From an uncultured bacterium (GTDB lineage Bacteria > RBG-13-61-14 > DATKZS01), in contig CAZYTX010000003.1 of assembly GCA_964650485.1 (NCBI GenBank), positions 57,114 through 121,113 on the forward strand: a stretch of DNA of 64,000 nucleotides. Reading direction: 5' to 3'. Below the pieces are notes generated by a model, which was not told the origin of the DNA, did no database searches, and saw only the letters and a program-made list of their open reading frames with translations. Shown piece after piece: positions 18,329 to 27,370 of this stretch (the stretch's first letter is position 1; every line of letters starts with the position of its first letter). A program made the translations under genes and the position numbers.

Positions 18329-19726
18329 ATGAGTTGTAAAGAAGATTTACATCGCCGGCGCATCAGTCGCAGGCACGCGGTCAAAATCGCCGCGAGCGGG
18401 CTGACCGGCGGGATGCTGGACCTCGCCGCCAAAGGCGCGCGCGCAAAACATAGTACCCCCAATATCATCGTCATACTCTCGGACAACCAGAGGTGGGACT
18501 TCATGGGGTGCGCCGGTCACCCCTTTGTAAAGACGCCCAACATGGACCGGCTGGCAAAGGAGGGCGTCTTATTCAAAAACGCGTTCGTGACCACCTCGTT
18601 ATGCGGCCCAAGCAGGGCCAGCTTCCTCACCGGCCAGTACGCACACACCCACGGGGTGCGCGACAACCTGACCGTGTGGAGCGACAAGAACGTGACATTC
18701 CTGGAGCTGCTGGGCCGCGCCGGGTATGACAACGCCTTCATAGGCAAGTGGCACATGCCGGGCAAGCTGCCCGAGCTGCGAGGCGTGGACCTGTTCGTGA
18801 CCTTCACCGAACAGAAGGGCCAGGGAAAGTACTTCGACTGTCCACTGGTGGTGGACGGCGAGGTGAGGCCCTCCCGCAAACCCTACATAACCGAGGAGCT
18901 CACCGACTACGCCCTGGAGTTCATCAGAAGGCCGCGGGACAATCCTTTTTGCGTATACCTGTCCCACAAGGCGGTGCACCACAGGTGGCTGCCGCCGCCC
19001 GGTCTCGAGGACCTGTACAAGGGCGAGCACCCGCCCTTCCCGGATGAGTTCAACCCGTTTTCCTTCATAACCGGGGGCAGCCTGTTCGAGGGGCTGATAG
19101 GGATGCCGGACGAGCTGTACTTGGACTACGCCAGGGTGGTCACCTCGCTCGACCGCCAGGTGGGAAGGGTGCTCCAAATGGTTGACAGGCTCGGCATCGC
19201 TGACAATACAATCGTCATCTTCGCAAGCGACAACGGCTTCTTCTTCGGCGAGCACCAGCTCGCCGGCACGGGCAGGTGGCCGTACGAGGAGTCCATACGC
19301 GTGCCCTTTATCGTGCGGGCGCCGGGGCTGGTAAGCGACCCCGGCAGGCGCGCGAGCCAGATGATATTGAACATTGACCTGGCGCCCTCCTTGCTCGACC
19401 TGGCCGGGCTTCCTATACCAAAAAGCATGGAAGGCATAAGCTTCGTGCCCCTGCTCCGCTCGGCCTCGGCCCCCGGCAGAAAAGCCTGGCTCTACGAGTA
19501 CGAAAAGGACTTCCCCTTCAGGATACCCTCCACTCAAGCGGTCCGCACCGAGGACCACGTATACATCGAGTTCCAGGGAAGGAGGGGAGCCGAGCTCTAC
19601 GACTTGAACAAGGACCCCCGACAGATGAACAACTTTGCGGGCGCACCCGAGGGGCGGGCGCTTATGAAAAGACTGAAGCCCTTGCTGAGGGAACTGAAAG
19701 CGGGAGGCCCTGAAAGGCATGAGTGA
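18329..19726 (+). CDS. Sulfatase (Cys-type, probable Tat signal)
   Basis: RRRISRRHAVKIAASG; IIVILSDNQRWDFMGCAGH...TTSLCGPSRASFLTGQYAHTHG (CxPxR). Confidence 0.85.
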   Translation: MSCKEDLHRRRISRRHAVKIAASGLTGGMLDLAAKGARAKHSTPNIIVILSDNQRWDFMGCAGHPFVKTPNMDRLAKEGVLFKNAFVTTSLCGPSRASFLTGQYAHTHGVRDNLTVWSDKNVTFLELLGRAGYDNAFIGKWHMPGKLPELRGVDLFVTFTEQKGQGKYFDCPLVVDGEVRPSRKPYITEELTDYALEFIRRPRDNPFCVYLSHKAVHHRWLPPPGLEDLYKGEHPPFPDEFNPFSFITGGSLFEGLIGMPDELYLDYARVVTSLDRQVGRVLQMVDRLGIADNTIVIFASDNGFFFGEHQLAGTGRWPYEESIRVPFIVRAPGLVSDPGRRASQMILNIDLAPSLLDLAGLPIPKSMEGISFVPLLRSASAPGRKAWLYEYEKDFPFRIPSTQAVRTEDHVYIEFQGRRGAELYDLNKDPRQMNNFAGAPEGRALMKRLKPLLRELKAGGPERHE

Positions 19727-20282
19727 TTTGCAGCGACCTGGTTTTGCAAAGAGGTTCCTGGCGCCCACGCTCGCGGCGCTTGCGCTGATGCTCGCGTCCA
19801 GGGCGGTCTATTTCAACTCCGGGCTTCTGGACAGCCGCGCGGCCTATCACACGGTGGCCCTTCTTTCCGGGCTGGTGCACTTCATGAGCGTCATTCTCGT
19901 CCCGGTCTTCATCTATCCCTTCGCTTTCTTCCGGGGTGCCGGAGCAGCGGAGAGGATCATAGCATCCTCGATCAACCCGGCGCTCTGGGTATTCATAGAC
20001 GCATACCACGTGAGCGAGGCCTTCAATTTCCTCGAATCCCTCTACTACGGTCTTAACATTGGCTCGGTGATCTTCATCTTCATGTTTTCGCAGATGAGCG
20101 TCTGCGAGATGGCCTGCCGCTGGCGCCAGAAGAGGAGCGGCGCCGGGGTCAGGGTGCTGACACCGGCCGTGTTTGCCCCCTTTGTCTTCCTCGCCATACT
20201 CGGCATTATATTGTCCAGGCAGGGCGGCGCCTTTTACTTCAACCTCATGCTCGAGGGTTATGCGGCCCTGTTCAATGGATGA
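19719..20282 (+). CDS. Hypothetical integral membrane protein (overlaps sulfatase stop, co-transcribed)
   Basis: Several hydrophobic segments (VALLSGLVHFMSVILVPVFIYPFAFF, FVFLAILGIILS); 8-nt overlap with the upstream gene. Confidence 0.5.
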   Translation: MSDLQRPGFAKRFLAPTLAALALMLASRAVYFNSGLLDSRAAYHTVALLSGLVHFMSVILVPVFIYPFAFFRGAGAAERIIASSINPALWVFIDAYHVSEAFNFLESLYYGLNIGSVIFIFMFSQMSVCEMACRWRQKRSGAGVRVLTPAVFAPFVFLAILGIILSRQGGAFYFNLMLEGYAALFNG

Positions 20283-20310
20283 TCCTGAACTGTGCGGCTT
20301 AAGCCGCGCG

Positions 20311-21291
20311 TCACTTCGAGGACCCCGCGCACGGGACCTCCCAGTGCACCAGGTCTTTCGAGCGGGCCAGGCCCAGCTTGTTGTCGCCCCTCCTCTTGTG
20401 GGTCTTTCCCTCGGTGCGGCCGGCGTAGATGAGGTAAAAGTGGCCGTCGTGGCGGCGCCAGTCAGCCAGGAAGCAGGCGTTGGCCACGTGGTCGGTGTTG
20501 AATTTCTCCATGGGCACATCGAGCTTTAAAAAATCGCCCCAGGAAGCCCAGTGTTTGTCCTTGTCCCCGCTGCCATCCATCTCCCTTATGAATGGCGCCA
20601 GATCCTCGCGGCCGCCCTGGCGCGCGGTGCACACCAGCCGCCACTTGCCCTCTATCTTTATGAGCTCGCCGTTCTCGAACCATGCAGGCCCCACCTTTCC
20701 CAGCCGGGTCCATCCGGCCGGGCCCATCTCCGCCGCGACCGCTGCCCTGGGCTTCTGGAACTCCTTCCATATTAGATAGTATCGGCTTCCCTCGGCCGCC
20801 ACCGCGGCGTCTATGGCCCTTCTCCATTTTGTTATGTCCCTGGCAAGCGGCTTGCCGCGCTCCCAGTTCTCCAGGTCCTTTGAGGTCGCGTAGAAGAGCT
20901 GGTTGGGCTTCCCGAACCTGTCGCCCCAGGAGTTGTAGGTGAGATAAAAGGTGTCACCCGCCACGGTGAGGTTTGGAGAGCACATGCCGATCCAGCCACC
21001 CTCCTCCCCCCGCCAGTTGAAAAGCGGCTCCGAGTACTCTTTAAAGTCCCGCGTCTTAACGCCCACCACGTGCGAGCGCTCCCTGCCGTCATCTCTATAA
21101 AAGGCCGAGAAGAAGATGTAGAACCACCCGTCCCGGAAGGCCATGCAGGCGTCCTTGGTGGACCAGCCCGGACGCGAGTACACCGGGTTCTCCAGTGTCT
21201 CCCAGTCAATGAAAGGCTCCTCCGCACGGGCACACCATACGCACGCATATAGGAGCACGAGCACGGCCGTTAAAAAATTCCCGCCTCTCAT
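20311..21291 (-). CDS. Secreted glycoside hydrolase, five-bladed beta-propeller type (GH43-like)
   Basis: Signal peptide MRGGNFLTAVLVLLYACVWCARA; ENPVYSRPGWSTKDACMAFRDGWFYIFFSAF...FYLTYNSWGD is reminiscent of GH43/GH32-superfamily propellers. Family-level call only. Confidence 0.5.
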   Translation of the reverse strand: MRGGNFLTAVLVLLYACVWCARAEEPFIDWETLENPVYSRPGWSTKDACMAFRDGWFYIFFSAFYRDDGRERSHVVGVKTRDFKEYSEPLFNWRGEEGGWIGMCSPNLTVAGDTFYLTYNSWGDRFGKPNQLFYATSKDLENWERGKPLARDITKWRRAIDAAVAAEGSRYYLIWKEFQKPRAAVAAEMGPAGWTRLGKVGPAWFENGELIKIEGKWRLVCTARQGGREDLAPFIREMDGSGDKDKHWASWGDFLKLDVPMEKFNTDHVANACFLADWRRHDGHFYLIYAGRTEGKTHKRRGDNKLGLARSKDLVHWEVPCAGSSK

Positions 21292-21404
21292 GGCATCTCC
21301 CTCCCAGGCCCTCTTCCAAACACTCCATCATACCAGTTCAGCGCCTTTTTTTTATCTTGCCATACACGGGCCTCTGGTTTGGACCTCTGCCTTGAGAAAC
21401 AGTT

Positions 21405-21433
21405 TTTGATGCGCCCGCGACCGTACTCTATAA
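21405..21433 (+). promoter_or_regulatory. Candidate sigma70 promoter TTGATG-N17-TATAAT upstream of leuD
   Basis: -35 at 21405-21410 and -10 at 21428-21433, about 50 nt before the leuD start. A CGTACT/AGTACG inverted repeat overlaps the -10. Confidence 0.35.
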
Positions 21434-21482
21434 TAAGTACGAGTTCAGAGGCCGAAAAGAACTTATTGCAGGGGGGAGAGAA

Positions 21483-22178
21483 ATGTTACTTAAAGGCAAG
21501 GCCTGGAAGTTCGGGGACCACGTTGACACCGACGTTATCATTCCGGCGAGGCGCCTTACCACCTTTGACCCGGAGGTATTAAAAGACCACTGCATGGAGG
21601 GCCTGGACCCAGGGTTCGCGGACAAGGTGAACCCCGGCGACATCATGGTTGCGGGCCAGAACTTCGGGTGCGGGTCCAGCAGGGAGCACGCGCCCATATC
21701 CATCAAGGCCGCGGGCGTCTCCTGCGTTATCGCCAAGAGCTTCGCGCGCATCTTCTTCAGGAACGCGTTCAACATCGGCCTGCCGGTGCTGGTCTCGCAG
21801 GACGCGCCCGGGGGTGTCGAGACCGGGGACGAGCTCGAGATGGACCTTTCATCGGGCGCCATAAGGAACATCACCCGGGGGACAGAGTACATGGCCGAGC
21901 CGGTGCCCGGGTTCATGCAGGAGCTGGTGGAAGACGGAGGTCTCATGGAGCACGTGAAGAAGATCATGGCCCGGGGCGGCCTCGAGAGCAGCGAAGCACC
22001 CGCTGATACGGAAAGTAATAAGGAGGAGGGCGCGCAGCAACGCGGCGAGAGGATGATGGCGCTGGAGAACGAGCCCGGGCCCGAGGGCAAGACCGCACCC
22101 TGGGTGGAGGAGGAAGAGGAAGCCCCTGCACCCGCGGCTGAAGAGGAACTGGAAGAAGAAGAGGATGAGCAGGAGTAG
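21483..22178 (+). CDS. leuD: 3-isopropylmalate dehydratase small subunit (LeuD-like) with acidic C-terminal tail
   Basis: MLLKGKAWKFGDHVDTDVIIPARRL...AGQNFGCGSSREHAPISIKAAGVSCVIAKSFARIFFRN, then about 60 aa of Glu-rich low complexity. No leuC is adjacent. Confidence 0.8.
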   Translation: MLLKGKAWKFGDHVDTDVIIPARRLTTFDPEVLKDHCMEGLDPGFADKVNPGDIMVAGQNFGCGSSREHAPISIKAAGVSCVIAKSFARIFFRNAFNIGLPVLVSQDAPGGVETGDELEMDLSSGAIRNITRGTEYMAEPVPGFMQELVEDGGLMEHVKKIMARGGLESSEAPADTESNKEEGAQQRGERMMALENEPGPEGKTAPWVEEEEEAPAPAAEEELEEEEDEQE

Positions 22179-22373
22179 GCTCGACTGCAAAGCCGAGAAA
22201 AATATCCTTGGACTTAAATTGTGATATTCCTTATAAGCCCTGAAGGGGCGACATAATTCGGAGGGATGATTCAAACATGGGGTGTGAAACATAGCGCAAG
22301 AGCGAGGCTCCCGGCTTGCATTATGCCAGCCGGGATTAAGGGTCCCTCAATTCAGGTTGGAGAGTGAACTAAA

Positions 22374-23447
22374 GTGGCGGATACGTACAGGATAGCGGTG
22401 GTGCCGGGAGACGGCACCGGCCCCGAGGTGGTTGAACAGGGCATGAAAGCGCTCAGGGCCGCGGGGGAGAGGTTCAATATCAAATTCGAGTACAAGCGCT
22501 TCGACCTCGGGGGAGACAGGTATTTGTCAACGGGCGAGGTGCTGCCGGACCAAGAGCTCGATGAGCTGCGCGGCTTTAACGCCATATACCTTGGCGCCCT
22601 GGGCCACCCGGAGGTAAGGCCCGGCATCCTGGAAAAGGGCCTCCTGCTGCGCTTGCGCTTCGAGCTGGACCAGTACGTGAACCTGCGGCCGATAAAGCTA
22701 TACCCTGGGGTATACACTCCGCTGAAGGACAAGGGGCCGGAGCAGGTTGACATGGCGGTGGTTCGCGAGAATACCGAGGGCCTGTACGCTGGGGCCGGCG
22801 GGTTCCTGAAGAGGGGCACACCCGAAGAGGTGGCCATCCAGACCTCGATCAACACCAGGAAGGGCGTGGAGCGGTGCGTTCGCTTCGCATTCGAGTACTG
22901 CATGAAAAGGGACCGGCCGGAGAAGAAGGTCACCCTGTGCGGCAAAACCAACGTGCTCACGTACGCCTTCGACCTGTGGGAGCGCGCCTTCCGCGGGGTG
23001 GCCGAGGAGTACCCGGATGTTAAAGCCGACTACGCCCACGTTGACGCCATCTGCATGTGGATGATAAAGGACCCCGAGTGGTTCGACGTTATCGTGACCG
23101 ACAACATGTTCGGTGACATCATAACCGACCTGGGGGCCATCATACAGGGCGGCATGGGGATAGCCGCGGGTGGCAACCTGAACCCGGAGGGGGTGTCAAT
23201 GTTCGAGCCCATCGGGGGGAGCGCGCCCAAGTACACGGGCAAGGACATGATCAACCCCCTGGCCGCCATAGCCGCGGCCCAGATGATGCTGGAGACACTG
23301 GGGGAGGAGCAGGCCGCAAGCGCGGTGGAGCGGGCCATAATCAAGGTCATAAACAACGACCTCGATGGCATGCAGGCCGGGAAGATGGGCATGACCACCT
23401 CCCAGGTGGGCGACAGGGTCGCGGAATACGTCTCCGCTGAAAAGTAG
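22374..23447 (+). CDS. leuB: 3-isopropylmalate dehydrogenase (isocitrate/isopropylmalate DH family)
   Basis: YRIAVVPGDGTGPEVV...NLRPIKLYPGV...GSAPKYTGKDMINPLAAIAAAQMML. Paralogous specificity such as tartrate or homoisocitrate is not excluded. Confidence 0.8.
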   Translation: MADTYRIAVVPGDGTGPEVVEQGMKALRAAGERFNIKFEYKRFDLGGDRYLSTGEVLPDQELDELRGFNAIYLGALGHPEVRPGILEKGLLLRLRFELDQYVNLRPIKLYPGVYTPLKDKGPEQVDMAVVRENTEGLYAGAGGFLKRGTPEEVAIQTSINTRKGVERCVRFAFEYCMKRDRPEKKVTLCGKTNVLTYAFDLWERAFRGVAEEYPDVKADYAHVDAICMWMIKDPEWFDVIVTDNMFGDIITDLGAIIQGGMGIAAGGNLNPEGVSMFEPIGGSAPKYTGKDMINPLAAIAAAQMMLETLGEEQAASAVERAIIKVINNDLDGMQAGKMGMTTSQVGDRVAEYVSAEK

Positions 23448-23491
23448 ACCGCCATGTCTATGCTGGTTTAGGATATCCGGGGCCTTTCCTG

Positions 23492-24637
23492 ATGAAGCAC
23501 CGTGTCGTAGAGCTGCTTGTCTGTCCGCGATGCGGCGCGGAGCTCTCTGTTCTCTCCGCTGCGGAAACCGAGTCCCGCCCCCGGCCGGACTTGTCAGGGA
23601 AAACCCCCGGATGCTCTCGCTACTGCTCACTGCACGACATCCGCCTGCCGCTCCCGCCCGACCGGGATACTCCCGACTGTTCGGGCTGCTACGGCATGGA
23701 GGTGATGTCCGGCTCTCTCGTCTGCGAAAGGGGACACCGGCATTGCATCGAGGGCGGGGTCCCGCGGCTTCTTGCCGAAGAGACCAGCGGAAAAGATGAG
23801 CGCACGTCTTATTCATTCGGGTACGAATGGCTCCGCTTCCGGGTGGACATGGCCTCCGAGGAGCGCGAGGTGTTCCTTTCCGAAACCCAGTCAGGGCCCG
23901 GGGAGTTCCCCGGCAAGCTGGCGCTGGACGCAGGGTGCGGCATGGGCAGGTTCACCGCGGCCGCCGCTGAGCTGGGGGCAGAGGTGGTGGGCCTGGACAT
24001 CTCGCCCGCGACCCGGGCGGCTTTCGAGAAGACAAGAAACCTGCCCATGATGCACGTGGTCAGGGGGGACATAACGAGGCCGCCGCTCAGGGCGGGAGCA
24101 TTCGATATTGTATACAGCCTGGGGGTGCTGCACCACGCCCCCGACACCAGGGCGGCGCTCGACTCCATCGTCCCCCTCGCCCGCATAGGCGGGACCGTGG
24201 CCTTCTGGGTATACGGGAAGGCCGGCAAATACGAAGAATTCGTAAGCAACCCGCTCGAGCCCGGACGCGCGCAGTTCATCGAGAGGCGGCCGTGGCTGCG
24301 GCGCCCCTACTGGCTGGGTCTCAAGGCCAGGACCGCGGCTTCGGACTCGATCAGGGCCGTAACCATCAGGCTGCCGGTCCCCCTGCTCTATAATGTCTGC
24401 CGCCTGCTTGTGCCCCTGGGCGCGGTCCCTCTCATAAAGCACTTCACCTTTTCATCGCACCCTGACCCGCGTGTGCGCTTGCAGGAGAACTTCGACTGGC
24501 TCTCGCCCCCCTTTCAGCACAAGCACACAAAGGAAGAGGTGCGGGCATGGATTTGCGAACTGGGCATGCGGGAGGAGAAGATGCTCGAGCACGGGCTGGT
24601 GCCCAAGGTGGGTTTCAAGGCGCGCAGGGAATCATAA
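23492..24637 (+). CDS. Trm112-like zinc-ribbon domain fused to a class I SAM-dependent methyltransferase
   Basis: N-terminal LLVCPRCGAEL...LVCERGHRHCIEGGVPRLL (Trm112p-like), then LDAGCGMGRFTAAAAELGAEVVGLDISP (motif I) and DIVYSLGVLHH. Confidence 0.75.
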   Translation: MKHRVVELLVCPRCGAELSVLSAAETESRPRPDLSGKTPGCSRYCSLHDIRLPLPPDRDTPDCSGCYGMEVMSGSLVCERGHRHCIEGGVPRLLAEETSGKDERTSYSFGYEWLRFRVDMASEEREVFLSETQSGPGEFPGKLALDAGCGMGRFTAAAAELGAEVVGLDISPATRAAFEKTRNLPMMHVVRGDITRPPLRAGAFDIVYSLGVLHHAPDTRAALDSIVPLARIGGTVAFWVYGKAGKYEEFVSNPLEPGRAQFIERRPWLRRPYWLGLKARTAASDSIRAVTIRLPVPLLYNVCRLLVPLGAVPLIKHFTFSSHPDPRVRLQENFDWLSPPFQHKHTKEEVRAWICELGMREEKMLEHGLVPKVGFKARRES

Positions 24638-24643
24638 TTACAG

Positions 24644-24664
24644 AGGGGGATGCATGCCCCCTCG
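24644..24664 (+). terminator. Stem-loop GAGGGGG-ATGCATG-CCCCCTC immediately after the methyltransferase stop
   Basis: 7-bp GC-rich stem with a 7-nt loop starting 7 nt after TAA. No clear U-tract, so the function is uncertain. Confidence 0.35.
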
Positions 24665-24780
24665 TACCACAATGACTGGTACTCTCCGAATTTTTCCGGG
24701 TGCTCGATCGAAAGCTCGGCAACGTTCATGTTGTCCTCCGTTCTTGTTACCGTCCGGTTTGATGTTTATCCTAGTACGGA

Positions 24781-25962
24781 ATGGTGGACGATGGCAAAGA
24801 AAAGGCTGCGAGCTCCGCGCCGCCCGTTTTCGAGCAGGGCCCTATCCGGCCGCCCTCGGAGGCCCGGTCGCTTTTGGTGCGTGTGACCCGGAACTGCCAC
24901 TGGAACAAGTGCGAGTTCTGCCCGGTGTACAAGGGCCAGAGGTTCTCCCGGCGGAGCGTTTCCGAGGTCAAGGAAGACATCCGGGCCATGGCCTTCTGGT
25001 ACGAGCACGCGGTCTCCGAGTCCTGGCGCCTGGGCTTCGGGGGCAGGCTGGACCAGGGCTCCCTGCCCGCGATCTATCAGCGAAACCATGACAACCCTTA
25101 CATGCACTCCATACTCATATGGCTCTCCGGGGGCGGGACGAGCGCTTTCCTCCAGGACGCGGACTCGATCCTCCTCAAGCCGGATGACCTCGCAGACATA
25201 CTGCGCTTTCTGCGCGAGACCTTCCCCGGCCTCCGCCGGGTGACCACCTACTCTCGCTCCAGCACCTGCTCGAAGCGGGGAGCCGAGGACCTCGCAAAGC
25301 TGAAGCAGGCGGGCATGGACCGGGTGCACATAGGCCTGGAGAGCGGCTCCGACCGAGTGCTTGAAAAGGTGAACAAGGGGGCCACCGCCGATGTGCACGT
25401 GCAGGGGGGCGTGAACGTGAAGCAGGCCGGCCTTGAGTTGTCCGAATACGTCATGCCCGGGCTGGGCGGCAAGGAGCTCTCCGAAGAGCACGCGAGAGAG
25501 ACCGCGCGGGTGCTCAGCAGGATTGACCCGGACTTCATACGCATCCGCTCCTTGGGTCTGAGAAGAGGCATCATAATGTATGAGAGCTGGCAGCAGGGAG
25601 AGTTCGAGCCCTTGAACGACGAGGATACAGCGGCCGAGCTCAAGCTCTTCATCCAGGGACTTGAGGGCATAAGCTCGCAGGTGGTGAGCGACCACATCTT
25701 GAACCTTCTGCCCGAGGTCGAGGGCAAGCTGCCGGAGGACAAGCAAAGGATTATCGAGGTCATTGACAGGTTCCTGGGACTCCCGGACGAGGAGCGGACA
25801 ACCTATGTGGTGGGGAGAAGATTCGGGCTGTTCGAGGGACTGGACGACCTGGAGGAGCCCACTCAGAGGTCGGCTGCAAGAAGGGCCATGCAAAAGCTCA
25901 GGGAGCAGGGCGGCGAAAACATACATGACACTATCCGGGACATAATCAGCCGCTTCATATGA
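24781..25962 (+). CDS. Radical SAM enzyme with non-canonical CX4CX2C cluster motif
   Basis: RNCHWNKCEFCPVYKG (C-x4-C-x2-C, as in ELP3-type radical SAM), LSGGGTSAF and HIGLESGSDRVL elements. No SPASM or B12 domain seen, so the substrate is unknown. Confidence 0.7.
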   Translation: MVDDGKEKAASSAPPVFEQGPIRPPSEARSLLVRVTRNCHWNKCEFCPVYKGQRFSRRSVSEVKEDIRAMAFWYEHAVSESWRLGFGGRLDQGSLPAIYQRNHDNPYMHSILIWLSGGGTSAFLQDADSILLKPDDLADILRFLRETFPGLRRVTTYSRSSTCSKRGAEDLAKLKQAGMDRVHIGLESGSDRVLEKVNKGATADVHVQGGVNVKQAGLELSEYVMPGLGGKELSEEHARETARVLSRIDPDFIRIRSLGLRRGIIMYESWQQGEFEPLNDEDTAAELKLFIQGLEGISSQVVSDHILNLLPEVEGKLPEDKQRIIEVIDRFLGLPDEERTTYVVGRRFGLFEGLDDLEEPTQRSAARRAMQKLREQGGENIHDTIRDIISRFI

Positions 25963-26091
25963 CATCACTTGCAAAAGCGTTGCCCGTGTTCAAGACCAGG
26001 CATGCATTCAAGCCCGGCAGCGGCGGCCTTCCTTTTTCCACTCAACCGCGGTTGCACTCTCCATAAATTTAGTATAAAATATGCCATAATC

Positions 26092-26733
26092 ATGTATAAT
26101 TTAATTAAAATTGTTAAGAATTTGATTAACTGTTTTGTGCTCGCGGTCTTGACGGCGCTCCTCATGTGCCAGCCGGCCCGGGCAGAGAAGGGGGCCGTGC
26201 ACCTGGGCCTTGCATCCCACTTTGTATGGCCTCAAATGGACGTTGCCGAGTTCGAGCCCGGCCTCTCCTACGGCGCCGTGTTCCATTACTGGCTGAACGA
26301 CACCACCAGCATCGAGCTCGGCTACGAGTACATGAACTTTAAAAGCCCTCTGGACGCGGGTGGTGAAGGTGAGCACATAAGCTACGTCACCAATATAATC
26401 GAGGGCGGGGCCAGGTACAGGCCGGAGCTTGATTTTATCATGACGCCTTTTGTGGAGGCCGGGATAGGCTACCAGTTCTGGAGCACGGACCCTGGTGTGG
26501 ACTTCCTGGATTCCAGGAGCGGGAACTCGGTGGCCTACTTCTTGGGCAGCGGACTTGTATACCATTTCAGGAAGCTCTTCCTGGCGTCGCTTTCCGTGCG
26601 CTGGCACTATATGCCCATGCACGAGCACATAGTGGTGGAGACGGACGATGCAGGGGGGAACGTTCGCGAGCGGAACCTGAGAGACGTGAGCTACCTATCC
26701 GCGGGGATTGAAATGGTGTGGAGACTGAAGTGA
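26092..26733 (+). CDS. Outer-membrane beta-barrel protein (OmpW/OmpA-like small barrel)
   Basis: Signal peptide MYNLIKIVKNLINCFVLAVLTALLMCQPARA, alternating amphipathic beta-strands and a C-terminal aromatic residue (…MVWRLK). Confidence 0.6.
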   Translation: MYNLIKIVKNLINCFVLAVLTALLMCQPARAEKGAVHLGLASHFVWPQMDVAEFEPGLSYGAVFHYWLNDTTSIELGYEYMNFKSPLDAGGEGEHISYVTNIIEGGARYRPELDFIMTPFVEAGIGYQFWSTDPGVDFLDSRSGNSVAYFLGSGLVYHFRKLFLASLSVRWHYMPMHEHIVVETDDAGGNVRERNLRDVSYLSAGIEMVWRLK

Positions 26734-26740
26734 AGGAGAG

Positions 26741-27247
26741 GTGGAGATGAAGAGGACGGCCATTGCATTTGTGGTGGTAATCATGTTCGCGGGGGGCGCC
26801 GCGGCCCAGGAGCAGGCCGGCTCTCTCACCAGCAGGGGCGGCTACGTGAGCATCGGCATTGCCGGCGGCATGCTTATAGACCCGGACATGGCCGGCGGCG
26901 CCTTCAGCCTGGACTACTACGTGACCGACGAGATATCGGTGGGTCCCTACTTTGTGGGGGGCGGGTACGAGGACAACAGCTTCTGGGGTGTGAGCGGGCA
27001 GGTGAAGTTCTCCGCGCCCCTGGCCGGGAACGCCAGTGTCAGGCCCTACGGCCAGCTGGGCATCGGGTTCGTGGAGTTGGACTTCGAAGACAGGGAGGAC
27101 GACCCGGAGATGACCTACTTCTTTCCTTTGGCAGGCGGGTTCGAGTTCGAGCTTACCGACATCCTGTCTTTGGACGTGGGCGGCCAGTTCCACGTGACCG
27201 AGGACACCTTTGCAGGCGCCATGGTGGGCTTACGGGTGCTGCTCTGA
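26741..27247 (+). CDS. Outer-membrane beta-barrel protein (8-stranded, OmpA-like N-domain type)
   Basis: MKRTAIAFVVVIMFAGGAAAQ signal; Gly/aromatic-rich alternating strands; C-terminus GLRVLL. Confidence 0.6.
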   Translation: MEMKRTAIAFVVVIMFAGGAAAQEQAGSLTSRGGYVSIGIAGGMLIDPDMAGGAFSLDYYVTDEISVGPYFVGGGYEDNSFWGVSGQVKFSAPLAGNASVRPYGQLGIGFVELDFEDREDDPEMTYFFPLAGGFEFELTDILSLDVGGQFHVTEDTFAGAMVGLRVLL

Positions 27248-27295
27248 GCCGGAAAGATAAAAACGCCAAGCGCGCCAAGGAACGCCAAGAATTTA

Positions 27296-27340
27296 TTCTG
27301 TTTTTTCCTCTGCGCCTTTGCGCCTCTGCGTGAAACAAAA
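27296..27340 (+). repeat. Intergenic repeat element copy A (TGCGCCTTTGCGCCTCTGCGTGAAACAAAAAC), preceded by CGCCAAGG-type tandem motifs at 27258-27290
   Basis: 29 of 33 nt identical to the reverse complement of 35585-35620. The adjacent array AACGCCAAGCGCGCCAAGGAACGCCAAG resembles motifs at 11930-11960 and 53410-53445. Confidence 0.45.
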
Positions 27341-27370
27341 ACCTTTGCGGTTTAAGAAAAGTCTTTGCCT

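Noticed and set aside
18599-19768. 389-aa - strand ORF
   Set aside because: It is antisense to the second sulfatase gene.
24766-25974. 402-aa - strand ORF
   Set aside because: It is antisense to the radical SAM gene, which has the clear Cys motif.
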